64,000 nt of DNA from an uncultured Ignavibacteriales bacterium (GTDB lineage Bacteria; Bacteroidota; Ignavibacteria; Ignavibacteriales; Melioribacteraceae), in assembly GCA_963710615.1 (NCBI GenBank), contig CAVQBF010000002.1:180221-244220 (forward strand), given 5' to 3'. A program made the position numbers and the translations under genes. Shown here one piece after another: positions 50,299 through 59,762 of the stretch. A model generated the notes under the pieces. It was not told where the DNA came from. It made no database searches and saw only the letters and a program-made list of their open reading frames with translations. How positions within the stretch are numbered: the first letter of the stretch is position 1; each line of letters starts with the position of its first letter.

Positions 50299-52764
50299 AT
50301 GTATGCAGAAATCGTTTTCCCTTTACCATTCAGAAATTCATTTACTTATAGCATTCCCGATGAATTTGAAGACCAAGTTGAAATTGGTATAAGAGTGGTA
50401 TGCTCATTTGGGAAAAGAGTGCTGACCGGATTTGTGATTAATGTAAAAGATGAAGCTGATCTTAAAGAAAAAATAAAACCTATTCTGGATGTTTTGGATG
50501 ACAAACCTATTTTTAGTAAAAATTCATTAAAGTTTTATGAGTGGATTGCAGAGTACTACTTAAGTTCATTGGGTGAAGCTCTCAAAAACTCTGTGCCTTA
50601 TGGTTTAGAGGTAGAATCGAAAAAAACTATTGTTGCTGATTCTGAATTTTGCCTCCAACTATTAGCTAAAGAAAAGAAAGTAAATTCTACAAGGACTAAA
50701 GTTCTTAAACTCCTCTCCGAAAAAGAAACGTTCAAAATCAGCTATCTGCAAAAATTGGTTAAGAAAAAAAATATTTATTCAATACTTAAAACATTAGAGA
50801 AGCATGGCGCAATAACAATCCTTAATGAAATTGAAGATTCAAAGGTTAAGATAAAACGAGTAAAATTTGTCTCGCTTGATAAAACAATTGATGAAGTTTA
50901 TGAAGTGCTTCCGGAGATCGAAAGAAGATCACCAAAACAAGTTGTTATACTCTTAGATCTTCTGTCATCAAAACAAAAAAGTGTTCAGCAAAGTGAGTTA
51001 TTGAGAAAAACTAAATCAAACCAGTCATCGTTAAATTCCCTTGAGAAAAAAGGAATAATTAAAATTGAGCTTAAAGAGGTTGAAAGGATTTACAAAGAGA
51101 CCTATAATGAGGAAATTAAAAATATTGAGTTGACTGAACAACAATCAAAGATAATTAATATTGTTGCAGAAAATATCAGTCACAAAAAATTTGTCCCTTA
51201 TTTACTGCATGGAGTAACAGGTTCAGGTAAGACACAAGTTTATATTGAACTTGCAAAATTGGTGATTCAAAAGAAAAAGACAATATTAATTTTAGTCCCG
51301 GAAATATCTCTTACTCCTCAGATAACTTCTAGATTCTTCAATAATTTTGGTGATAAAGTAACTGTCATTCATAGCCGTATGTCAATGGGTGAAAGGTATG
51401 ATACTTGGCGTGGAATAATAAATAAAAAATATCAAATTGTTATTGGTCCACGTTCAGCTCTTTTTGCACCATTGGAAAATTTGGGACTAATTGTTGTCGA
51501 TGAGGAACATGATCAGAGTTACAAACAATATGATTTAGTGCCAAAGTATAATGCAAGGGATGCAGCAGTATTAAAAGCAATGTTCAGCAATTGCCCTGTT
51601 CTTCTTGGTTCAGCAACTCCTTCTTTGGAAAGTATGTATAATGCTAAGATAGGCAAGTATCAATTGCTTGAACTGCCTGAACGTGTTGATAATGCAAAGC
51701 TGCCAAAAATTAAGCTGGTGGATGTGCTTATTGAGAAGAAAAAAAATAATATGGTTGGCATTTTCTCAAAAACTCTTCTTGAAGATATTGATGAAAGATT
51801 AACCAAAAAGGAAAGTGTAATTATTCTGCAGAATCGCCGTGGTTTTTCAACTCAAGTCTATTGTGATGATTGTGGTGAAATTGATATGTGTGATGACTGT
51901 TCTGTTTCAATGGTGCATCACATCCACAAAAATATTATGAAGTGCCATTATTGCGGAGCTGTGAAGCCGGTTCCCCGTGCATGTAAGGTTTGCGGTTCAA
52001 TGGCAATTAAATTTTTTGGAGTTGGCACTCAACGGGTTGAAGATGAACTTTCTTATCATTTCCCAAATGCAAAAATTGAACGAATTGATTCTGATTCCGT
52101 CTCAAAAAAAGGTCAGCTGGGAATAATTCTTAATAGTTTTAGAAAAGGTGAAATTGATATTTTGGTCGGCACACAAATTGTTTCCAAAGGAATGGATTTT
52201 TCTAATGTAACCTTAGTTGGTGTAATTTCTGCTGAAACATCTTTGTGGCTGCCCGATTTTAGAGCTGATGAACGGACTTTCCAACTGCTTACACAAGTTT
52301 CCGGGAGGTCAGGCAGAAGCAAAGAAGAAGGGGAAGTAATAATTCAGACGCAGAATCATAAAAGTTTTGTCTTACAAAAAGTATTAGATAATAATTATGA
52401 AGATTTTTACAGACAAGAGATAATGCTACGGCAACAGAATCAATACCCGCCATTTTCACGTATCGCAATGGTGGAAATCAAAAATGAAGATGAACAAAAG
52501 GCTAAACACGCTGTAAATGATTTTCATAAGCGACTAATAAAATTTGGAGATAAAATCCAAATTCTACCGCCAAATGAAGCAATAATTTCAAAGATAAAAC
52601 GGGTTTATCGTTATCAGATAATGATAAAGAGTTTAAGAAGAACTGATCCAAACGGTAAAATATTGCGTAATGCCCTTAACAACGCTTTTGTTGATTATAA
52701 TCAAAAATCAAGATTCAAAGATGTTAAAGTTTATTTTGATATTGATCCGCAAAGTGTGATGTAG
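50299..52764 (+). CDS. priA: primosomal protein N' (replication restart helicase PriA)
   Basis: 821-aa ORF with Walker A GVTGSGKT, DEEHD, and a Cys-rich zinc-binding insert (CDDCGE...CDDC...CHYCG...CKVCGS). Confidence 0.95.
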   Translation: MYAEIVFPLPFRNSFTYSIPDEFEDQVEIGIRVVCSFGKRVLTGFVINVKDEADLKEKIKPILDVLDDKPIFSKNSLKFYEWIAEYYLSSLGEALKNSVPYGLEVESKKTIVADSEFCLQLLAKEKKVNSTRTKVLKLLSEKETFKISYLQKLVKKKNIYSILKTLEKHGAITILNEIEDSKVKIKRVKFVSLDKTIDEVYEVLPEIERRSPKQVVILLDLLSSKQKSVQQSELLRKTKSNQSSLNSLEKKGIIKIELKEVERIYKETYNEEIKNIELTEQQSKIINIVAENISHKKFVPYLLHGVTGSGKTQVYIELAKLVIQKKKTILILVPEISLTPQITSRFFNNFGDKVTVIHSRMSMGERYDTWRGIINKKYQIVIGPRSALFAPLENLGLIVVDEEHDQSYKQYDLVPKYNARDAAVLKAMFSNCPVLLGSATPSLESMYNAKIGKYQLLELPERVDNAKLPKIKLVDVLIEKKKNNMVGIFSKTLLEDIDERLTKKESVIILQNRRGFSTQVYCDDCGEIDMCDDCSVSMVHHIHKNIMKCHYCGAVKPVPRACKVCGSMAIKFFGVGTQRVEDELSYHFPNAKIERIDSDSVSKKGQLGIILNSFRKGEIDILVGTQIVSKGMDFSNVTLVGVISAETSLWLPDFRADERTFQLLTQVSGRSGRSKEEGEVIIQTQNHKSFVLQKVLDNNYEDFYRQEIMLRQQNQYPPFSRIAMVEIKNEDEQKAKHAVNDFHKRLIKFGDKIQILPPNEAIISKIKRVYRYQIMIKSLRRTDPNGKILRNALNNAFVDYNQKSRFKDVKVYFDIDPQSVM

Positions 52765-52834
52765 AATTATAGAACATAGAAGGCAGAATTTAGAATGTAT
52801 CCTTTTACTTCAGACAACATTGCAAATAAAGAAA

Positions 52835-52883
52835 AAACCTCCAAGATTCAAGACTTAAAAAAAGTCGAAAATCTTAGAGGTTT
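52835..52883. terminator. long bidirectional terminator hairpin between priA and the convergent membrane-protein gene
   Basis: 14-bp stem AAACCTCCAAGATT / AATCTTAGAGGTTT with one mismatch, flanked by an A-run (left) and T-rich sequence (right). Confidence 0.7.
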
Positions 52884-52963
52884 ATTTAATACTTATGAAT
52901 AGCTAATAATCACTTCCCATTCGCCATTCATCAATAATCATCCATCACTATCATCACTCAATC

Positions 52964-53785
52964 TTACATTCCAAACCACTTTAAGAACGGGAAGGCTTGT
53001 GCAGCAAAATGCAACAATAAACTAAATCCAATCCACATTCCAAGAATTGCAATAACATATTTCATTGTGTTATCTGAATTGAACATTTTAGCATAAGCAA
53101 TTCCAACTACAGAATAGAACCAAATTGAGAATGGATCTAATTTGTGCATAAACCATCCAAATAATCCATCTTGTTCAATTCCCATGTAACTGCCTAAACT
53201 TGTATCCTGAAACAAATTGCTCAATAAAATGGCTGAAACAATCATAATAATAACTTGAATCACACCGATATAATGAGGCAATCCGTAGGCAAGCATGGAA
53301 GCTTTATAATCACCTGTACCACCTAATGCAAATTTAGCAAGAAGTAGAAAAACACCCGATACAATAAAAAACATTAAGAATACCATAATAAAAGCACCAA
53401 TAGAACCAAAGATTAACTGCATACTGCCGCCTTTCTCCATCTGTTCTTGTATCATATCTAATTGTTGATCAGCTTGCTGTTGTGTCATTTGGCCTTTGTC
53501 AACCGCTTCTTGCATGTTTTTTTCAAAACGCTCCATCTGCTTTTCTACCATATTCGCTTTAATTTCCGGATTACTGTTTGTAATAAATTGCATTGCAATA
53601 ATCGCTACAATAAGTATTAGTAAAGGTAGAACCCAGTCCATTGTTTTAACTGGTAATTTTGATAAAGATGAAAAAAGCTCACCTGGCTCAGTAAGTACAC
53701 TTACCATTTTATCGGTAATACCAAGTTCTTCTTCCTCTTCAATTATTTCTTCGGTAGGTTCATCTGGTTTGTTTAATTCGTCCAT
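52964..53785 (-). CDS. polytopic membrane protein, Yip1-domain-like
   Basis: 273-aa ORF with an acidic N-terminus, about five TM helices and a Q-rich loop (QQADQQLDMIQEQMEKGG). Family call is tentative. Confidence 0.55.
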   Translation of the reverse strand: MDELNKPDEPTEEIIEEEEELGITDKMVSVLTEPGELFSSLSKLPVKTMDWVLPLLILIVAIIAMQFITNSNPEIKANMVEKQMERFEKNMQEAVDKGQMTQQQADQQLDMIQEQMEKGGSMQLIFGSIGAFIMVFLMFFIVSGVFLLLAKFALGGTGDYKASMLAYGLPHYIGVIQVIIMIVSAILLSNLFQDTSLGSYMGIEQDGLFGWFMHKLDPFSIWFYSVVGIAYAKMFNSDNTMKYVIAILGMWIGFSLLLHFAAQAFPFLKWFGM

Positions 53786-53960
53786 TTGCGCAGTCCCTTA
53801 TTTTTGTGGCTAATGTTGAATTGATTTAATTCACAGTTATAAAGCAATAAATTACCAAAAATTCAGAATAAAGTGTAGTAATGAATAATAAAATTATTGA
53901 TTTGACATTATAATAAAATAACTAAAACCTGTAAGTTAGTATTATTAAATAGGAGAAATT

Positions 53961-55334
53961 ATGAAAACCATTATTGAACCCTTTCGAATTAAATCTGTTG
54001 AACCAATCCGGTTTACTACAAAGGAAGAAAGAATAAAAATTTTAGAAGATGCTGGATATAATACTTTCTTAATTCATGCTGATGATGTATTGATTGATTT
54101 GCTAACAGATAGCGGCACGTCTGCAATGAGTGCCTCTCAGTGGGCAGGAGTAATGGAAGGTGATGAGTCTTATGCTGGATCAAGAAGTTTTTACAAATTC
54201 GAATCCGCAGTAAAAAAAATAACTGGACACGAATTTATTATTCCAACTCATCAAGGAAGAGCTGCCGAAAAAATTCTTTTTACAATTTTAGGAGGAGCAG
54301 GGAAGTATATTCCCAACAATACTCACTTTGATACAACACGTGCAAATGTTGAATTTACCGGAGCGGAAGCAGTTGACTTATTAAACGAAATCGGCAAAAA
54401 GCCTGAAGTTAAAGCTGATTTTAAAGGAAATATGGATGTTGATAAACTAGAAGAATTTATTAAAAAGGTTGGGACAGAAAATATACCACTTGTAATGATA
54501 ACAGTAACTAATAATTCGGGTGGAGGTCAGCCTGTTTCAATGCAGAATATTAAAGATGTTAGAGCTGTCTGCGATAAATATAGTTTACCTCTTTTCTTAG
54601 ATGCATGCAGATTTGCAGAGAATGCCTACTTTATCAAAATGAGGGAAAAAGGATATAAAGAAAAATCAGTTTTGGAAATTTGTCAAGAAATGTTTTCATA
54701 TTCGGATGGTGCAACAATGAGCGCCAAAAAAGACGGTCTTGTAAATATAGGCGGATTTCTCTCATTGAATAATGATGAGCTTGCAATGCAGTCCCGAAAT
54801 TTGTTGATCGTAACTGAAGGATTTCCAACTTATGGGGGACTTGCTGGAAGAGATTTAGAAGCCGTCGCAAAAGGTTTGGAAGAAGTTGTTGATGAGCATT
54901 ATCTAGAATATAGAATTAGAAGTACTGAATATTTAGGTGAGAAAATGGTTGCTGAGGGAATTCCGATAATCGAACCGCCCGGCGGACATGCAATATATAT
55001 AGATGCGAAAAGATTTTTGCCGGATATTCCGCCAAACCAATTTCCTGGTCAAGCAATTACGTGTGAATTGTATATTGAAGGCGGAATTAGAGCCGTAGAA
55101 ATTGGAAGCGTGATGTTTGGTAAATATGATAAAGTGGGAAATGTAATCTCTCCACCAATGGAATTGGTGCGTTTGGCAATCCCAAGAAGGGTTTATACCC
55201 AAAGTCATATTGATTACGTTGCAGAAGTAGTTATCGAAGTTTTCAAGAATAGAGAAAAGCTGAATGGCTACAAAATAACTTACGAAGCACCAATGCTAAG
55301 ACATTTTACAGCCAAGTTTGAACAGATAAAATAA
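53961..55334 (+). CDS. tnaA: tryptophanase-like beta-eliminating lyase
   Basis: 457-aa ORF with EPFRIKSVEP, DLLTDSGTSAMS, PLP-lysine SAKKDGLVNIGG, IRAVEIGS and LRHFTAKF. It is closer to tryptophanase than to tyrosine phenol-lyase by these motifs. Confidence 0.85.
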   Translation: MKTIIEPFRIKSVEPIRFTTKEERIKILEDAGYNTFLIHADDVLIDLLTDSGTSAMSASQWAGVMEGDESYAGSRSFYKFESAVKKITGHEFIIPTHQGRAAEKILFTILGGAGKYIPNNTHFDTTRANVEFTGAEAVDLLNEIGKKPEVKADFKGNMDVDKLEEFIKKVGTENIPLVMITVTNNSGGGQPVSMQNIKDVRAVCDKYSLPLFLDACRFAENAYFIKMREKGYKEKSVLEICQEMFSYSDGATMSAKKDGLVNIGGFLSLNNDELAMQSRNLLIVTEGFPTYGGLAGRDLEAVAKGLEEVVDEHYLEYRIRSTEYLGEKMVAEGIPIIEPPGGHAIYIDAKRFLPDIPPNQFPGQAITCELYIEGGIRAVEIGSVMFGKYDKVGNVISPPMELVRLAIPRRVYTQSHIDYVAEVVIEVFKNREKLNGYKITYEAPMLRHFTAKFEQIK

Positions 55335-55428
55335 TTAGTTATTGAATAAACTGTCATCATGCAAAACAGCGAAGCCTTAAAATAATAGAGCTAGTTTCAC
55401 TAAATAAAACTAAACTAAAATTTAAATT

Positions 55429-56247
55429 ATGCGACTAAAAAAAATATTTTCATTTACAGATAAAAATCAAATTTGGCGGCTGCTGATTAGTGATACAGAT
55501 AATTTAATTATTGAAACTCGAGATACAGACAATAAAGAAGTATTCTTCCATAGTATTAATTTGCAAAAAGGAAAAACTGTATTTGAAAATTTTCAGTTGG
55601 ATGAAAAATTCTGGATTGGAATTGAAGCAATTCAAAATGATAAAATATTCTTTCATAAATTTGCTAAACCGAACATGCCGGAGCATAAAATGATTATTTG
55701 CTATGACATTATTAAGCAAAATATTCTTTGGCAGAATGATGAATTAACATTTCTCTCTCTCTCTCAAAATAAAATTTATGCTTTTAAGAAAAAATTTGAA
55801 GGACAAGATGTTTTCATCTTAGATTCGAATACAGGCAAAGTTTTAGAGGAACTTGGCAGTGATTTCAATAAGATTAGTGAAATTTTGAACGAAGTAAAAT
55901 TAGAAGAAGATTATTCTAATTATAAATATGCAGAAAAATACACAGGAGAAGAAGAGAACTCAATAATTAGCTTAATCGAAAAAGAGGTGAAGGATAAAGA
56001 TATTTCATCAATGGTTGAGTTTTTAGTATATGAAGAATTTTTGTTATTCAATTTTTATGTTAGGTCTGCAACAAATTTACTTGATAATATGTTTATCGTT
56101 TATAATATTGATAAAAAGAAAAAAATTCTCTCAGAAATTATTAATAAAAATTTAAATTCCTTTTCTCCCGATTCTTTTTTTTGTTATAAGAATTTTCTTA
56201 TACTCTTAAAGAATAAATCTGAGGTTTCAGTCTATAAAATTGAATAA
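55429..56247 (+). CDS. hypothetical protein (possibly DUF4905-like)
   Basis: 272-aa ORF with no motif recognised with confidence. Contains a (TC)7 repeat. Confidence 0.5.
   Translation: MRLKKIFSFTDKNQIWRLLISDTDNLIIETRDTDNKEVFFHSINLQKGKTVFENFQLDEKFWIGIEAIQNDKIFFHKFAKPNMPEHKMIICYDIIKQNILWQNDELTFLSLSQNKIYAFKKKFEGQDVFILDSNTGKVLEELGSDFNKISEILNEVKLEEDYSNYKYAEKYTGEEENSIISLIEKEVKDKDISSMVEFLVYEEFLLFNFYVRSATNLLDNMFIVYNIDKKKKILSEIINKNLNSFSPDSFFCYKNFLILLKNKSEVSVYKIE
55752..55765 (+). repeat. (TC)7 dinucleotide microsatellite inside a CDS
   Basis: Direct reading tctctctctctctc, encoding LSLS. Confidence 0.95.
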
Positions 56248-56283
56248 AAGAATGTAAATTTTAAATATAATCTCGAGATTTTC

Positions 56284-56847
56284 ATGGAACTATCAACTTT
56301 AGAAAAGAAACAGCTTTTTTCACTTGCTCATTTCTCCATTGAATCTGGTTTCAGACCCACACAGGAGCCTAAGCAAAATGCCGAACCTTCTGAAGCATTT
56401 AAGCTTAAAGCCGGTGCATTCGTTACAATAACTATTGATAAAAAACTTAGAGGCTGCATAGGATATGTTCAATCAGATGATGAATTAACTAAAACTGTGA
56501 TGGACGCTGCTTACCAGGCGGCTTTTCACGATCCAAGATTTTCTCCTTTAAGCGAAGAAGAGTTTGGAAAAATAAAATTAGAAATTTCTGTCTTATCTCC
56601 TCCTTTTCCACTATCAAGTTATGAAGAAATTGAATTAGGGAAACATGGTTTAATTCTGGAAGAATCTGGAAGGAAAGCATTATTATTACCGCAAGTCCCA
56701 ATTGAGCATAAAATGGATAGAGAAGGTTTTCTTTCAGCTTTATGCAATAAAGCAGGACTATATGAAGAATATTGGAAAGAAAAACAATTAAGTCTTAAAG
56801 CTTTTACGGCTTCTGTATTTTCAGAAGATGATGAGGAGTTAAAATGA
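56284..56847 (+). CDS. AMMECR1-domain protein (AmmeMemoRadiSam system protein A type)
   Basis: 187-aa ORF with GAFVTI...LRGCIG and the PQV motif LLPQVP. Confidence 0.88.
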   Translation: MELSTLEKKQLFSLAHFSIESGFRPTQEPKQNAEPSEAFKLKAGAFVTITIDKKLRGCIGYVQSDDELTKTVMDAAYQAAFHDPRFSPLSEEEFGKIKLEISVLSPPFPLSSYEEIELGKHGLILEESGRKALLLPQVPIEHKMDREGFLSALCNKAGLYEEYWKEKQLSLKAFTASVFSEDDEELK

Positions 56848-57663
56848 ATTTAGTAAGAGAGCCTCATGTTGCAGGGATGTTTTATCCAGCTAAAAAAAAG
56901 ACTTTGGAAGATCAAATTACCGGGTTTTATTCTAATAGTTGAAATTGATGATGAAATTAAAAATATTGGTGGTATTATTGCTCCGCATGCCGGTTATGTT
57001 TACTCAGGCAGAACAGCTGCCTATGCTTATAAAACAATTATGAAAAAAAAATACGATACTGTAATTGTTATCTCACCAAGCCACAGAGAATATTTTAGAA
57101 GAGTTTCAATTTATGATGGTGACGCTTATAAAACCCCTCTTGGAAAAATTCCCATTAATACCGAACTGCGAAATAAACTAATTAGCGAAAGTAATTTAAT
57201 TTATGAAGGTGAAGAAGGTCATAGAGGTGAACACGCTTTGGAAGTTCAGTTGCCATTTTTGCAAATTGCTTTACAAAATTTTCTTTTATTACCTTTGGTA
57301 ATTGGAGATCAAAGCAGGGAAGTTGTATTTGAATTGGCAGATATTTTAGCTGGCATAATTGATGATAAAACATTGCTTATAGCAAGTTCGGATCTATCTC
57401 ACTTCTACACTAAATCACACGCTTCTGCTATGGATTCAAGAGTTGTAGAACATATTAATAATTTTGACTTTGAAAATTTGCAAACTGACCTCGAGACTAG
57501 AAGATGTGAAGCATGCGGCGGCGGCGGAATAGTTGCAATCTTAAAAGCATTAAGTCTAAAAGGGTACACAAAATCTAAAGTTGTTGCCCAAAGTGATTCC
57601 GGAGATGTGACTGGTGATGATTCGGAAGTTGTTGGGTATTTATCTGCCATTGTTTATAACTAA
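56844..57663 (+). pseudogene. MEMO1-family protein (AmmeMemoRadiSam system protein B type) with a 1-nt frame break near 56925-56942
   Basis: The ATG at 56844 overlaps the AMMECR1 stop (ATGA) and encodes MNLVREPHVAGMFYPAKKKTLEDQITGFYSNS before a stop at 56940. The family continues in the +1 frame (IGGIIAPHAGYVYSG ... CGGGG). Confidence 0.85.
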
Positions 57664-57933
57664 TAATTTTTATTCCCCTGGTAAAAAATAATTTACTAAT
57701 ATTTTTAGATTCCTTTATTTCATAAAGTTGAAATTCTTGCCAAGTTATTAAATTCTTAATAGCTCTTTAACTGAAGAATAAGCTTTTTTTTCTTGTTAAT
57801 TTTTTAAATGAAGAAGATAAATTAAATTTGATATTATGTCTTATTATGACTAGATTAAGTTTCCTCATACAACTACTCTATGGCAAATGTATTATTTGAT
57901 AAATCATTTTTTTATATCTTAAAAGGAGCGAAG

Positions 57934-58320
57934 ATGAAAATTGCAAAAGAAAAAATAGAAATAAAAATGGAAATACCTGGTGCGGTTATCCGTCAGAAAA
58001 CTGATTTTGGAGATGCAACTGGATTAGGTAAAATAAGTGGTGAGTATTTCAGTCTTTCTGCGGGAGTAGATACAACTCCTCTCTTCATGGGACTTGAAGG
58101 AAATTTGTGTCAGTGCCCTCATTGGGGATTTCTCTTGACTGGTCAACTAACTACCACGGATGCGAAAGGTGTTCAAGAAATTGTGAATGCGAACGATCTG
58201 TTTTATTGGCCAGCTGGACATAATGTTTTAGTTAATGCAGATGCTGAAATAGTAATGTTCAGCCCTCAGCAAGAACATAGTCATGTGATTAATCACATGA
58301 TTGATAAGACTAAAGGTTAA
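57934..58320 (+). CDS. small cupin-like protein
   Basis: The ATG at 57934 is preceded by AAAGGAG. CPHWGFLLTGQL and LFYWPAGH resemble cupin strands. Tentative. Confidence 0.5.
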   Translation: MKIAKEKIEIKMEIPGAVIRQKTDFGDATGLGKISGEYFSLSAGVDTTPLFMGLEGNLCQCPHWGFLLTGQLTTTDAKGVQEIVNANDLFYWPAGHNVLVNADAEIVMFSPQQEHSHVINHMIDKTKG

Positions 58321-58410
58321 TTTCTAAGTCCAAGATTGTTGATTGAATTTTTTGCTGATATAATCAGATGATCATGTCTGGGATTATCAATAAGATTAAA
58401 AAATGGAGAT

Positions 58411-58623
58411 GTGATGAATAAAGTTCCCAGAATGATTGTAAAATATGTAAATGTTGCGGATGTGATTGTCGGCATAGATCCTTTTTCATCAGGCGGTGTA
58501 GTCTCTAATTTTATGATGGAAGAAGGACTAGAAAGAGTAAAGGCTTCTTACACAGGGAACTATGAAAGACTTGTTTCAATTAAAAATAAGTTCGATCCTC
58601 AAAATCAATTTAAAGTAAACTAG
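58411..58623 (+). pseudogene. 3-prime remnant of an FAD-linked oxidase (BBE-type C-terminal domain only)
   Basis: GGVVSNFMMEEGLERVKASYTGNYERLVSIKNKFDPQNQFKVN matches the family C-terminus. A TAG stop sits where the family has Gln, and NIKP follows it in frame. No FAD-binding domain lies upstream. Confidence 0.7.
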
Positions 58624-58670
58624 AATATTAAACCGACTGTTTGAATTTATTTGAATTTGGAGACAACAAT

Positions 58671-59678
58671 ATGAAGCAATACAAACTATTAGTAATAAGT
58701 TTTGTGATCATTTCGTCAATGATATTGGGGCAAGAAAAAGAGATAAAGAATAAAGAAGGAAATAAGATGAATAATGAATTTAAAGTTGCAGCAGCTCAGT
58801 TAACTCCGGTTTTTCTAAACAAAGAAAAAACAGTTGAAAAAGCCTGTAAAGCAATTGCTGAGGCAGGAAAGAAAGGAGCAAAATTAATTGTTTTTCCTGA
58901 AGCATTTATTTCCGGTTACCCCGATTGGGTATGGCTCATTCCAAATAGCAAAGGAGCTGAATTAAATGAACTTTACCTAAAACTGGTTAATAATGCAGTA
59001 TCAATTCCTGATAATTCAACAGATAAACTTTGCAAAGCTGCTAAATCGGCAAATATAAGTGTCGTAATGGGCATGAATGAACGAAACTCCGAAACCAGCG
59101 GGGCAAGCCTTTATAATAGTCTATTATTTATTAATAATAAAGGAGAGATTTTAGGTAAGCACAGAAAACTTGTTCCTACTGGTGGAGAACGCCTAGTTTG
59201 GGCACAAGGCGATGGAAGTACACTTAAAGCATATGATACTTCAGTGGGTAAACTTGGCGGATTAATTTGCTGGGAAAACTATATGCCTCTTGCTCGAAAC
59301 GCTATGTATGAGAGTGGAACTCAAATTCTTACAACACCAACCTGGGATAAAAGTCCTAATTGGCTGATTAGTATGCAGCATATAGCACGGGAAGGGGGAT
59401 TATTTATTATAAGTTCATGTATGGCATTAAGAATGGATGATATACCAGCTGAGTATTCATTTAAAAAACTCTATCCAGAAGGAAGAGAATGGATAAATAG
59501 TGGGAACAGCTGTATTATTGCTCCAAATGGTAAAATAATTGCAGGTCCCTTGGAAGCAAAGGAAGGAATACTTTATGCAGAAATCGATTTAAACGAAATA
59601 ATTACAGCTAAACGAAGCTTTGATGTGGTAGGGCATTATTCAAGACCCGATGTATTTAGTTTTTCAGTTAAAAAGTAA
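58671..59678 (+). CDS. nitrilase / cyanide hydratase family carbon-nitrogen hydrolase with an N-terminal signal-peptide-like leader
   Basis: E-K-C triad contexts FPEAFISGYP, GKHRKLVPT and GGLICWENYMP. The ATG at 58671 has GGAG 8 nt upstream. An alternative start at 58767 (MNNEFKVAAAQ, RBS GAAGGA) would remove the leader. Confidence 0.85.
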   Translation: MKQYKLLVISFVIISSMILGQEKEIKNKEGNKMNNEFKVAAAQLTPVFLNKEKTVEKACKAIAEAGKKGAKLIVFPEAFISGYPDWVWLIPNSKGAELNELYLKLVNNAVSIPDNSTDKLCKAAKSANISVVMGMNERNSETSGASLYNSLLFINNKGEILGKHRKLVPTGGERLVWAQGDGSTLKAYDTSVGKLGGLICWENYMPLARNAMYESGTQILTTPTWDKSPNWLISMQHIAREGGLFIISSCMALRMDDIPAEYSFKKLYPEGREWINSGNSCIIAPNGKIIAGPLEAKEGILYAEIDLNEIITAKRSFDVVGHYSRPDVFSFSVKK

Positions 59679-59692
59679 AGTTTGAAAAATAA

Positions 59693-59724
59693 AGTTCCTG
59701 CAAAAAATAAATTTTGCAGGAACT
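59693..59724. terminator. terminator hairpin between the convergent nitrilase and RND adaptor genes
   Basis: 13-bp stem AGTTCCTGCAAAA / TTTTGCAGGAACT. The T-rich tract is on the minus-strand side. Confidence 0.65.
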
Positions 59725-59762
59725 ATTCAAAGAAAGACTTGATAACAATTGTGAGACATAAA

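Noticed and set aside
53881-53913. 10-codon ORF (MNNKIIDLTL) upstream of tnaA, considered as a TnaC-like leader peptide.
   Set aside because: It contains no Trp codon and no Pro-stop arrest context, and it has no RBS. It is probably a chance ORF.
54634-55208. Minus-strand ORFs 54634-54870 and 54933-55208.
   Set aside because: They are antisense inside the tryptophanase gene.
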